From Macrostomum lignano (taxonomy: Eukaryota): 33,968 nucleotides of DNA. Numbering within the stretch: position 1 is the stretch's first letter; the number at the start of each line of letters is the position of its first letter. The notes beneath the pieces are model-generated. The model saw only the letters and a list, made by a program, of their open reading frames with translations. It had not been told where the DNA came from and did not search any database. The stretch lies in assembly GCA_002269645.1 (NCBI GenBank), contig NIVC01004831.1:1-33968 (forward strand), given 5' to 3'. Below, piece after piece: positions 22,633 through 33,728 of the stretch. The position numbers were made by a program, and so were the translations under genes.

Positions 22633-25600
22633 ATGTGCTCCATAGAACCATGCTCCTTATTGCAACAGTCAAATTATGATTGCATCATAATAGTTGGCGA
22701 CAATCCATTGCATCTTGGCCAGAATTTGTCAGCATTTTCCAAAACAATTCAACAATATTGCGCTGTAAGTAGAACCAGTTACATTACTCTTTTCATTACT
22801 AAAAATCGTGTTATATATGAAACACCCTGTTGTAGAAAAATTGTTCAATTATGTCGCCAAAATCGACAACCTTTGTGCCCTGCAGCGAGTCGGTCGCTCC
22901 AGCAGGCCGGCTGGTGTTCGCCCACACTGGGCCTTTGAATCGAGACTTTGATGACAGTCGCAGTCTCTATGATGCAGCCCAGCGCGGCATTGAACTGGCC
23001 ATATCGGCTGGGTCGCGCTCACCCCTCCTGTGCCGAGCTTGGCTTGGCAGCCTGCCTAGCGATCAATGGTCGATGGATTTAAATAACTTGGATCGCTGCA
23101 TTGCACTTGGCGCTTTGCAGGCTGTATATTGCCCGTTGGAGGTGCGGGAAGCTACATGTAAGCTTTGAGTTAACGGTTGGAATTTTCTACATGTATTTCC
23201 AGGTAAATTACAACAGAACTACATTAAGTCGCGACTTTCTTGGTTCTTGGTTCATCTGCACCTGTTTCTGTCTATTCTGTTGTCTTGTTATTTTATCTCT
23301 CTTCCTGGCCGCCTTCTTGAAATATTTGATTAGTGTTGAGGTGTCCTTGTCTTCTGGACTCTCATCTCACTGTCACTACTGTAAGGCGGTATAATAACTT
23401 CGATTATCAGTGTGAGAGCCAAATAACTGAGACGGCGGATTCGACAAACTTGTACTTATTTTTTACTATATTGTTAGTATATAGGATTGTTCGGGCGAAC
23501 TGATAGGTTCGATCTCTGTTGTAAGGAGGGGATCGGTTGTCCCTAAAGATACATTACTATTTCTCATTGGCTGAGGTTGGCGTCGTGTCCTCTGCTTTTG
23601 CTTGAATTGGAACGCATTGATTGGCTGGAAATGCATTCAAACTGTATGGGAACTTTCTGGGCCAAAATGTATTGCTTCATGTCGATAGGCTCTTCAATAA
23701 TGGCGCCTCTTTACTAAGACGCGCATTCCAAATTTCCAACCCCTCTTTTACACTTGCACTCAATCCCCTTCCGTTAGTTAACATCTTATAAATATATCCA
23801 TTTAGGCTCTGCGCCCTACTTACTGTTTGTTTTTGTTTTCCAACAATGATTAAATTGTTTACTTGCTTCTCTACATCATATTCTACGATTCGTGGCTTTC
23901 ATAATTATTAAAAGGCTAATAAATATTCCATGAGCTCACAGTTGCATATGGCTTGCTTGTTAATGTTAACTTGTTACAGTGTTCTGTCTATCTCATTTTC
24001 AATCAGTGCCTTGGTGATTGGGTGTGAACCGCACACTCTGTGACTTGATAGTTGGGTGTGAACCGCACACTGTGTCTTGGTGGTTGGGTGTGAACCGCAC
24101 ACTCTGTGCCTTGGTGATTGGGTGTGAACCGCACACTGTGTCTTGGTGGTTGGGTGTGAACCGCACACTCTGTGCCTTGGTGATTGGGTGTGAACCGCAC
24201 ACTCACTGCATTGGTGATTGGGTGTGAACCGCACACTCAGTGTCTTGGTGATTGTGAACCGCACACTCAGTGACTCAGTGCCTTGGTGATTGTGAACCGC
24301 ACACTCTGTGCCTTGGTGATTGGGTATGAACCGCACACTCAGATCATTGGTGATTGGGTGTGAACCGCACACTCTGTGCCTTGTTGGTTGGGTGTGAACC
24401 GCACACTCAGAGCATTGGTGATTGGGTGTGAACCGCACACTCACTGCATTGGTGATTGGGTGTGAACCGCACACTCAGTGCATTGGTGATTGGGTGTGAA
24501 CCACACACTCTGTGCCTTGTTGGTTGGGTGTGAACCGCACACTCAGTGCCTTGTTGGTTGGGTGTGAACCGCACACTTACTGCATTGGTGATTGGGTGTG
24601 AACCGCACACTCAGTGCATTGGTGATTGGGTGTGAACCGCACACTCACTGCATTGGTGATTGGGTGTGAACCGCACACTCACTGCATTGGTGATTGGGTG
24701 TGAACCGCACACTCACTGCATTGGTGATTGGGTATGAACCGCACACTCAGTGCCTTAGTGATTGGGTATGAACCGCACACTCTGTGCCTTGTTGGTTGGG
24801 TGTGAACCGCACACTCAGTGCCTTGTTGGTTGGGTGTGAACCGCACACTCAGTGCCTTGTTGGTTGGGTGTGAACCGCACACTTACTGCATTGGTGATTG
24901 GGTGTGAACCGCACACTCTGTGCCTTGGTGGTTGGGTGTGAACCGCACACTCACTGCATTGGTGATTGGGTGTGAACCGCACACTCACTGCATTGGTGAT
25001 TGGGTGTGAACCGCACACTCACTGCATTGGTGATTGGGTGTGAACCGCACACTCTGTGCCTTGGTGGTTGGGTGTGAACCGCACACTCACTGCATTGGTG
25101 ATTGGGTGTGAACCGCACACTCACTGCATTGGTGATTGGGTGTGAACCGCACACTAAGTGCATTAGTGATTGGGTGTGAACCGCACACTCTGTGCCTTGG
25201 TGGTTGGGTGTGAACCGCACACTCAGTGCATTGGTGATTGGTGTGAACCGCACACTCAGTGCATTGGTGATTGGGTGTGAACCGCACACTCAGTGCATTG
25301 GTGATTGGGTGTGAACCGCACACTCACTGCATTGGTGATTGGGTGTGAACCGCACACTCACTGCATTGGTGATTGGGTGTGAACCGCACACTCACTGCAT
25401 TGGTGATTGGGTGTGAACCGCACACTCTGTGCCTTGGTGGTTGGGTGTGAACCGCACACTCTGTGCCTTGGTGGTTGGGTGTGAACCGCACACTCACTGC
25501 ATTGGTGATTGGGTGTGAACCGCACACTCACTGCATTGGTGATTGGGTGTGAACCGCACACTAAGTGCATTAGTGATTGGGTATGAACCGCACACTCTGT

Positions 25601-28600
25601 GCCTTGGTGGTTGGGTGTGAACCGCACACTCAGTGCATTGGTGATTGGTGTGAACCGCACACTCAGTGCATTGGTGATTGGGTGTGAACTCTTAATGATT
25701 TTTAGAAAGAGAAGAATAATTTTTCAACTGGTTTTGCGCTCTTTGATTCAATCTTCGTGAGCAAAGCATCATGAAATTAGACGAAACAAATTGTGTAATT
25801 ATATTTAGAGATTAAAAACACACGTATTTAAACAGGCAACAAAATGCAGCCCTGGTTAGCAGACTTGGCTACCTGGTTAATCAAGAAGACGATGCCACTG
25901 CAGCATTGGTGACTCAGCGATTCAACTTCATCCGAGCTCTGGAGTCCGGCCGCCAACTTGCCAGAGACATTGGCGGCTCAGATCCGGAACGAATGTCGCC
26001 TGGTCGCATTGCGGATCGACTTGCGTCGGAATTTGGCGTCGTTAGCAACGGTCCAGTTGTCATGGAGATTGAAGAATCAATTAAGCCGGAGAAATATCCG
26101 TTAATGGCGGCTGTAGACAGAGGCAGCGTTGAGAGGCACCGTGGAAAGGTGGTACACCTCACCTATGAGGGCGAGCTGAATAGTCTGGTAAATTATTAAT
26201 TACAATACAATCTTTTCATAGCAACAAAAATTTATGCTGTCTTATAAGTTTGGCTGTTAAATCTGCTTTCATACTTGCGTTGCAGTGGGAGCTGATATGA
26301 TAAGTCAGCTTCTACCCTCTCTCGGTCAGCTTCTACCCTCTCCCAGTCAGCTTCTACCCTCTCTCGGTCAGCTTCTACCCTCTCCCAGTCAGCTTCTACC
26401 CTCACTCGGTCAGCTTCTACCCTCTCCCAGTCAGCTTCTACCCTCTCCCAGTCAGCTTCTACCCTCTCCCACTCAGCTTCTACCCTCTCCCAGTCAGCTT
26501 CTACCCTCTCCCATTCAGCTTCTACCCTCACTCGGTCAGCTTCTACCCTCTCCCATTCAGCTTCTACCCTCTCCCACTCAGCTTCTACCCTCTCCCAGTC
26601 AGATTCTACCCTCTCCCATTCAGCTTCTACCCTCACTCGGTCAGCTTCTACCCTCTCCCAGTCAGCTTCTACCCTCTCTCGGTCAGCTTCTACCCTCTCC
26701 CAGTCAGCTTCTACCCTCTCTCGGTCAGCTTCTACCCTCTCCCAGTCAGCTTCTACCCTCACTCGGTCAGCTTCTACCCTCTCCCAGTCAGCTTCTACCC
26801 TCTCCCAGTCAGCTTCTACCCTCTCCCACTCAGATTCTACCCTCTCCCATTCAGCTTCTACCCTCTCCCAGTCAGCTTCTACCCTCTCCCAGTCAGCTTC
26901 TACCCTCTCCCAGTCAGCTTCTACCCTCTCCCACTCAGCTTCTACCCTATCTCTGTCCGTCAGAAATGATTCGAAAGCAGCTCCCTGCTCCTCGCAACCA
27001 TCCCACAGGCCGATGCCGCTGACTGCTCGCACGTGACACTCCTTCTAGCTGGCAAAGGCGTCACGTTCGATACTGGTGGACTGAGCCTAAAAACCGGTGG
27101 CAGCATGGTCGGCATGCACCGGGACAAGTGTGGTGCAGCAGCGGTTGCCGGCTTGTTCAGCCTGCTTGCCCAGCTGCGTCCGCCAAATCTGACGGCTCGC
27201 TGCAGCCTCGACCTGGTGCGAAACTCCATCGGGTCAGGGAGCTACTCGCCCGACGAGGTCATCGTCAGCCGGGCCGGTCGTCGAGTTCGCGTGGTGAACA
27301 CCGACGCCGAAGGCAGAATGATTCTAGCTGATCTGCTGTGTCTGCAGCGTGAGCGAGCGTTGGAGCTTGCGGAACCGAGCAGAGCCAGGCTGTTTACCGT
27401 GGCGACCCTCACTGGCCACGCTGTGCTAGCCTACGGCCAGGGATATTCCATAGCGATGGACAATGGGCCGGCAAGAAGGCTCGGAGTGGCCGCAAAGTTA
27501 CAAGCTGCTGGCGATCTAATTGCCGATCCGTTTGAGGTGGAAATGCAAAGTCAATTTTTTATTCGTTAATTTTTTCTATTAGAGAAACTGCTCGCTGATT
27601 TGTTAAGAAGATAACTGATCGCTGATTGGTTAAGAAGAGAACTGATCGCTGATTGGTTAAGAAGAGAACTGATCGCTGATTGGTTAAGAAGAGAACTGAT
27701 CGCTGATTGGTTAAGAAGAGAACTGATCGCTGATTGATTGAGAAGAGAACTGATCGCTGATTGGTTGAGAAGAGAACTGATCGCTGATTGGTTGAGAGGA
27801 AAAATGATCGCTAATTGGCTGACAACAGAGCTATATTCGACTACTTTATGAACCCTCGCTATTTAGATTTCCACTGTCAGACGCGAAGACTGGGACTTTG
27901 TTCGGTCATCAGGTCCATACGAGGAGCTACTGCAGTGCAATCCGCAACCCAGTGCAGCCACCCCGCGTGGCCATCAATTTCCGGCCGCATTCTTTGCCGC
28001 AGCTTCCGGTTTAGATAAGGTACAGATATTGATTAGCGTAATAACTGAATTGCTTCGACAGTATTGTAGTTATATAGTTGCAAAATCTTGAATTATAATT
28101 TGAATGTATATATGAAGCTACGGTCGGAATTCCAGTACTTCGTGTACTCGCTTGACCGTACGCTTAAGCGAGACGTTTTTAAATTGGGTAATTGACGTAA
28201 GTGGGCGTATATCAGATGTGTTTATTGTTAAACTTAGAAATTGGTAATAAATACCTCGTGTACTTTGGTTGCAAGTGTGGCAAATATTAATATATATTAT
28301 ATTACGTGCAGTCGTGGTCCTGCCGTTCAAGCTATGGTTTTATTATAATTATGCCTAGTGGATTTAACTGGTTTGATTTAGATAGTGGCTGCCTCCAGGT
28401 CCCTGATTTTCTCTAATTCTAGTACTTAGCGATCAAAGAATAAAAGAAGGAAACCAAAAATTTATTTACTAAAAGGATATAAAACCGGTAGCAGTCTTAC
28501 TGTACCTAGTATTCCCCGACTTTATCCCCCGATGTTACCTCTTATTCTTTAAGTTCGAAGTTGGTTTCAAGACTAAAATTTGCTTGGAAAGGAACGACGT

Positions 28601-29267
28601 GTTTTCTCTCCTAACTGTAACTAACTAACTAGGTAAATCTGGCGCCTCAGCCATTGAGCAGGCTCTTACGCCACTAGAGATAATTTGGGTTCCTCTCTCA
28701 TGCTTTCTCTCCTGCTTCACTTCACTTCACTTGATAAGTAATTCGGCGCCTCAGCCAATGATTAGGCTCTTACGCCACTAGATAAATGAGTATTCCAGCT
28801 GGGGAGTGTACTTATGTACACTGAGATCCTAATTGGAGCTAAGAGGACTGTACAAAGGGCAAATGACAGATCAAAAACCTCCCCGAGGGACAGTGGCACG
28901 GGCTTCCTGACTGGTATGTTATAAGGATAGTTATAAGGAAGTCCCAATTCGCGATCTAACTCCACCAAAATATTTTCCCTGGCTAGAACTACTGACAGTA
29001 GTTTAAAAGCATATCTGTTCTACTACATATGCATTTACCGGTATATAAAATAGTTTCGCAAATTAAAAAATCTGAGAAATTGTAAGTTTACAATCATTTA
29101 TACCTTGTAAATTTCAGCACGGCACGGGCTCTAAAATTCCTCTGTCCTACACTCACATCGACATTGCTGGCAGCGCCGGTCGAATGAAATCTACGCCGCC
29201 AACTGCCTCGCCTTTGCTGGCAGTCGCTATGCGCTACGTACTGCCTCGGTTGTCGCGCTGTGTTTGA
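22633..29267 (+). CDS. M17 family leucyl (cytosol) aminopeptidase, about 540 aa. Exons: 22633-22764, 22836-23157, 25850-26187, 27009-27536, 27867-28019, 29118-29267
   Basis: Intact M17 catalytic motifs GKGVTFDTGGLSLK, MHRDKCG and NTDAEGR, plus ARDIGGSDPERM, DPFE|ISTVRRED, RGHQFPAAF and YTHIDIAGS. The joined CDS is 1623 nt with no internal stop, GT-AG introns and phases 0,1,0,0,0. The start ATG is less certain. Confidence 0.9.
24005..25690. repeat. 34-bp minisatellite (GGTGATTGGGTGTGAACCGCACACTCACTGCATT and variants), about 50 copies, in LAP intron 2
   Basis: Near-invariant GTGTGAACCGCACAC core with a few recurring flanking variants. Confidence 0.97.
26303..26948. repeat. 21-bp minisatellite (CAGCTTCTACCCTCTCCCAGT), about 30 copies, in LAP intron 3
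   Basis: Direct reading of tandem units. Confidence 0.97.
27575..27820. repeat. 27-bp minisatellite (GAAGAGAACTGATCGCTGATTGGTTAA) in LAP intron 4
   Basis: Period 27 read at 27661 to 27688; about 9 copies. Confidence 0.93.
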
Positions 29268-29709
29268 TTGATCGTGTCAATACAGTATATACAGTATATA
29301 TAGGATTTCAACTGGACCTATGTAGTTCCGTTCGTTTTAAAGTTAAATTTAATTCGAATCCCCGCTAATAAGGAAATTGGTATAGTAAATCAGTATTTAA
29401 AACACTATTATAACTAAATTTAAATATCCGGAAGTGCATTCCATTAGCTATATGGTAAAGTCTTTCTTGAAATTCCAACGCCATTATTATAGACGAACTA
29501 CATTCCTAATTGCAAAATGATTATTAGGAGCCAAAGTGATTTGCCATTTTAATTTACAAGTTAATTGGTTAATAACTATTTGTGCTTTGTTCAAAAATAT
29601 ATTGATTCAGCAAATTTCTGTTACACGACTTAAATTATATCGATTTATAATCCAAATTAGAGCCAAAATTTTTCGTTTCATTCGGAGTAATTTTTAGTTT
29701 AGTGTCTAT

Positions 29710-30233
29710 TATAGCTTTTTGCGTTCTAGTTTGGACTGCGGGCTTTTAATTTGGACACAGAGTTGAGCAAAGCCCAGAGAATGCTGGCTAGTCTATGGCA
29801 CAAACCAGAAGCAACTGACGGGCTTTTAAATTCGACAGCGGGCACAAATTTGGACACAGAAGACAAGAAGATCAAAGTTAAGAACGACAGTAATCAGTTT
29901 TTGAGGGTAGGTTATGAATCTGTATATTTGACCCAAACATTGAACTTATCCAAACCGTTAGATACAATTTTCTAAAACTTTAAACTTTAAGACTCTTGCA
30001 TTGTCAGAGCCTGTTTCTTCCTTCTAAAAAACTCGTGTACTTTGTGCTCTGGCTCAAGAAGAAATATGCAAGAGAAAGGGGAAGGAAAAGACTGTCCAAA
30101 TTTGTGCCCGCTGTCGAATTTAAAAGCCCGTCAGTTGCTTCTGGCTTGTGCCATAGACTAGCCAGCATTCTCTGGGCTTTGCTCAACTCTGTCCAAATTA
30201 ACACCAGTCCAAACTAGAACGCAAAAAGCTATA
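29710..30233. mobile_element. Foldback/MITE with ~145-bp near-perfect inverted arms (29710-29856 and 30093-30233) around a ~236-bp spacer
   Basis: The reverse complement of the right arm matches the left arm apart from small indels. Both ends are TATA (possible TA/TATA target). Superfamily not assignable. Confidence 0.85.
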
Positions 30234-30655
30234 TTAATTGTTATTATTTAATTTCTTTTTTGTTATTATTTTATCTATTGCCGCTAACCATTTTATACTC
30301 CACCAAATAATAAATCGTGGGCCCGTTATATAAAGCCTTTGCGTCGCGGTATCCTTAAGTTAATTTTAACTTACGTTGGCGCCGTGTCGTACCGGTAAAT
30401 TTGCGTTCGGTGAAACTTTTGTAAGTCAGTTTGGCTTCTTAAGTTCCGCCGTTAATCTAGTAGGACAGGTCGGTCCTGTCGTAAGTCACTCTTTAGTTGC
30501 GAAAATGCACTTGTGCCGACTTCATTGAGTCAAAAACTTCGCATTTTACTGTATATTTTGAGTAAATTTAAATATTGAAAAAATTAAACACTAGCGAAAA
30601 TTGTTACGCTCGTAATTTAAAGTTTGAGTTGCAAGAAAAACCAATTGTGTTAAAG

Positions 30656-30860
30656 TCAGGCACGGTGGGAGTAGCTCCATGATACGCTGCCTTTCTGCTC
30701 GACCAGCAGCGGTGTCTTCAGCCAGTCAGTGGCTTCATTTTCAGCAGTCGCTTCCATGGCTAGCGGCTGATGTTCAGGTGGAAGTGGAATGGCTCTGCAG
30801 GCTACGGCTAAATTGTGGAGCACGTAGCATGCAACAATGATGTTGTACACCTGCAACAAT
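30656..30860 (-). pseudogene. C-terminal remnant of a PIF/Harbinger (HARBI1-like DDE) transposase
   Basis: Minus strand reads NIIVACYVLHNLAVACRAIPLP followed by an acidic tail and TGA, resembling the conserved C-terminal II-AC-VLHN motif. No upstream catalytic region or TIRs recognised. Confidence 0.55.
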
Positions 30861-31196
30861 GATGTTGCACACATGCAACAATGATGTTGCACACATGCAA
30901 CAATGATGTTGCACACATGCAACAATGATGTTAAGTTGTACACCTGCAACAATGATGTTGCACACCTGCAATTCAATGATGTTAAGTTGTACACCTGCAA
31001 CAATGATGTTGCACACCTGCAATTCAATGATGTTAAGTTGTACACCTGCAACAATGATGTTGCACACCTGCAATTCAATGATGTTAAGTTGTACACCTGA
31101 AACAATGATGTTGCACACCTGCAACAATGATGTTGCACACCTGCAACAATGATGTTAAGTTGTACACCTGCAACAATGATGTTGCACACATGCAAC
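30830..31196. repeat. ~22-bp-based minisatellite (CAACAATGATGTTGCACACCTG with longer variants)
   Basis: Tandem units containing the 7-bp-stem hairpin TGCAACA-ATGA-TGTTGCA. Confidence 0.93.
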
Positions 31197-32474
31197 TGAT
31201 GTGTTGTGCACTTTCACACAGTATCAGTGCACCTAGCCCTCCCAGCGGGTTGAGTCATCCCTGTTTGCACCCATGTTGTTTTCGTTTGTTATCACCCCCC
31301 TTCGCGTATTCCGCAGCCAGAGGCTTAAGTCGGTTTGTTTTTACTGGTATGATTTTTCTCGCCCTGCGCTGCGATTGGTTGCGGCCAGCCCAGTAGTGTA
31401 GTGATTGGCTGACTCAGGGGGTTTGGTGCTGCCGGGCCCGCGCGGGGTGGTTGGCTGGGGTTGGTGGGGTGGTGGGGTGGAGAGCGTGTACGTGGCCCTC
31501 CCCCTTCCACGGGCGTGCGCTATATTTAGCATCGCTCGCGGCGGGTTGGAGCGGTGTCCACCCTGCTCGGCTATCCCTCTCTCGAATTACTCCAAGTCAC
31601 TTTAAGTCAATCAGCTCACTAGCTAGTCGGCTCCATATTGCAAGGCTACGGCCATACGACTGTTTCAAACAAAATAAACGAAATGGCGTCATTAGAAACG
31701 CTCGGATCGTGAGGACCTGAGGCATTCTGACAATTTCAAAAATGCACGTGCTGACGCTGCTGCTGCTTGCTGATTGATTGGAAACGAAATGCAAATGGGT
31801 GCCCAATTTCCCGATCACTGCAATCGAGAGAGAGGGTCAAGTCTGTCTTTAAAAAATTGAAAAAAACAACACCTAGGTTATAAAAAGATAAAAATTAAAT
31901 TGCCGGTTAAAGAGTTAGCTTTAGCGCAAAGTTTTTGTTGGACTATACTAGATCTTATTCGACTATGAAGGCGCGGTCTATGAAGTAATAATATAGATAG
32001 TCACTTAAATTAGTATACACATGGAAGCACCAGGAGCAAACTATTAGGCTTGCCAGGCTTTTAACCTTTTTCTTCGGTTCACTCGAAGTAAAACCATTGG
32101 AAATCTCTAGCCTTTTTAGTTATTCGTCTATAGGAGCGAAGCAGTGCTTGCGAATTGCGAAGTTTCAAAGCAGTGTTTGCCGACAGCAGTAATTACAAAG
32201 CAAAACCGTTTTTGGGAAACGAGAAAAACAAGTGCTTACCTGAAATAAAACGTGTTGTCGAGTGAGGAAAGGACCAAATTGCCCAGTGCCAGGGGAGAAG
32301 GGGAGGGAGTCACCCAGGGAAATTAAGGCGCGCTGCATAGACAGATCAGCGTGATGCATCAGTGAGTTGTGACAGACTGTGACCCCGCTGAAGGAAGCCG
32401 GGAAACCTCTCTCGTCATTGGTAGCCCCGTCTTGGAACAGTAGTCAGCAGTCTCTTGCGGCTGGGTCACTAAAG

Positions 32475-33151
32475 CTCAAGGACCACTAGAAGTTACCGTT
32501 GTATCAGGACGCAACACTCGCAAATATTGCAGAATTAGTTGAAGGCAAGCTTGTTTACCTGTATGTAGCGATGCTTGCCTTAAAAAACCATTCTACTCGA
32601 CTGTTCTAAAAAAGCCTGCACCACATTTGGGCCTCAGAAGCTCCAGAATGGGTGTATTTACAATTTAGTAAGGCTTTAATCTGGTAAATCTACATATTTA
32701 AAGTATTTATGCCATTATATACAACCTTGCAACTCGTTTAAAAGTTGCTACGCTTTTATGTAGTCCTACTGCTACTAAATAGTTCAACAACGCATGAAAA
32801 ATTTTTCAGATGGGCTTCTAATTAATTTACTAACAATGAAAAGTAGTTTAACCAATAATTCCATAAGCTTCAGCTGTCTTGACAAAGTTATGGGCCTCAA
32901 CCCTAGTATGAAATACTGCGTACTGCCTTTAATTTACTGTACGCCCGCCGCTTCTACATCTACTTCTACAAAAAACAAAATTTTGAACAACCTGGCCAAA
33001 AAATTATCTTTCCAAGTGCATCCAGTCCGGAGTTTTTATGAGTATTTAAAGTTTAGCTGCAATGCAAACAAGCGGGCCTTCAAATAATTTTGCAATATTT
33101 GCCAGTGTTGCATCCTGATACAACGGTAACTTCTAGCGGTCCTTGGGTTAA
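32475..33151. mobile_element. Older inverted-repeat DNA transposon relic, possibly piggyBac-like
   Basis: ~82-bp diverged inverted arms at 32475-32556 and 33066-33147. The right end read inward is TTAA|CCCAAGG; the left end is degenerate (AAAG|CTCAAGG). Confidence 0.6.
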
Positions 33152-33499
33152 AATGCCGGCAAGGCGGTGCTAAAAGTCCTTTCTCATCAGAATCCTATAT
33201 AGTCTATGGCCAGTCGGGTGCCAACAGCCTCATTGAATTCCCGCGAATCCAAATCGTCTATGGCCAGAGCCAGCTGACTCAGATGTACAGTTGCGTCTGT
33301 GACTGAGCCGAGCAACTCGGTCCCTTTTATACTACTGTTCCCAAGCCCAAAAATCTCTCAGAATTTCTGATTTCGTTGAGCTGGATTTGCCCTTTTAAAA
33401 AAACTTGACCACGCAGCACTAGGAGAAACAAGAAGCATTTCTTAACAAGCTTAATAAAAGGTTGCGGGATCAGCTGACCTTATCTGCCTCGACTTGAGC

Positions 33500-33728
33500 A
33501 TGTTACGAACGGTTCTGCTTCTGTTCTGCATGAGCGCAGCCATCTACGGCGCTCTGAGCTGCTCTTCCTCAAAGAAATGTGAGTAGCTTTTGTTGCTTTT
33601 GATTTGCGCTTTAGCTTGTGCGCATGCCCAGCTGCATTCAGGATAATCCTGCCACTTTTCAGCTGAGCCTGATGCAGCTCCGGAAACCCAGGAAGACGCG
33701 AAAGAGGAGAGCGATTTAGGAAGTCCTG
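33500..33728 (+). CDS. Unidentified secreted protein, first two exons (33500-33578, 33663-33728), continuing beyond the window: MLRTVLLLFCMSAAIYGALSCSSSKK-SEPDAAPETQEDAKEESDLGSP
   Basis: Signal-peptide-like N-terminus, GTGAGT donor, 84-nt intron ending TTTTCAG, and a 66-nt phase-1/phase-1 open acidic exon ending at a GTGAGA donor. Too short for the ORF track. No family recognised. Confidence 0.6.

Noticed and set aside
23190-23990. Degraded ORF or element in the non-repeat part of LAP intron 2
   Set aside because: Only a short charged minus-strand frame with stops; no termini or family could be identified by eye.
23974-25690. CRISPR array, and the many MCGSHP ORFs
   Set aside because: Linkers are short recurring variants, not unique spacers. 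No cas genes, eukaryotic intron context, and the ORFs are repeat artefacts.
26232-27032. ERVEADW coiled-coil-like and QLLPSPS ORFs
   Set aside because: Translations of the 21-bp array in LAP intron 3.
29751-30204. Two ORFs sharing TELSKAQRMLASLWHKPEATDG
   Set aside because: Mirror translations of the two arms of the foldback element.
30340-30540. Possible ncRNA, SINE or Helitron end (hairpin GACAGG-TCGGT-CCTGTC)
   Set aside because: No convincing A/B boxes, cloverleaf, Sm site or CTRR terminus.
32240-32430. Possible minus-strand exon ending CAG|GTAAGC
   Set aside because: No recognisable protein similarity, an in-frame stop upstream, and no partner exons found.
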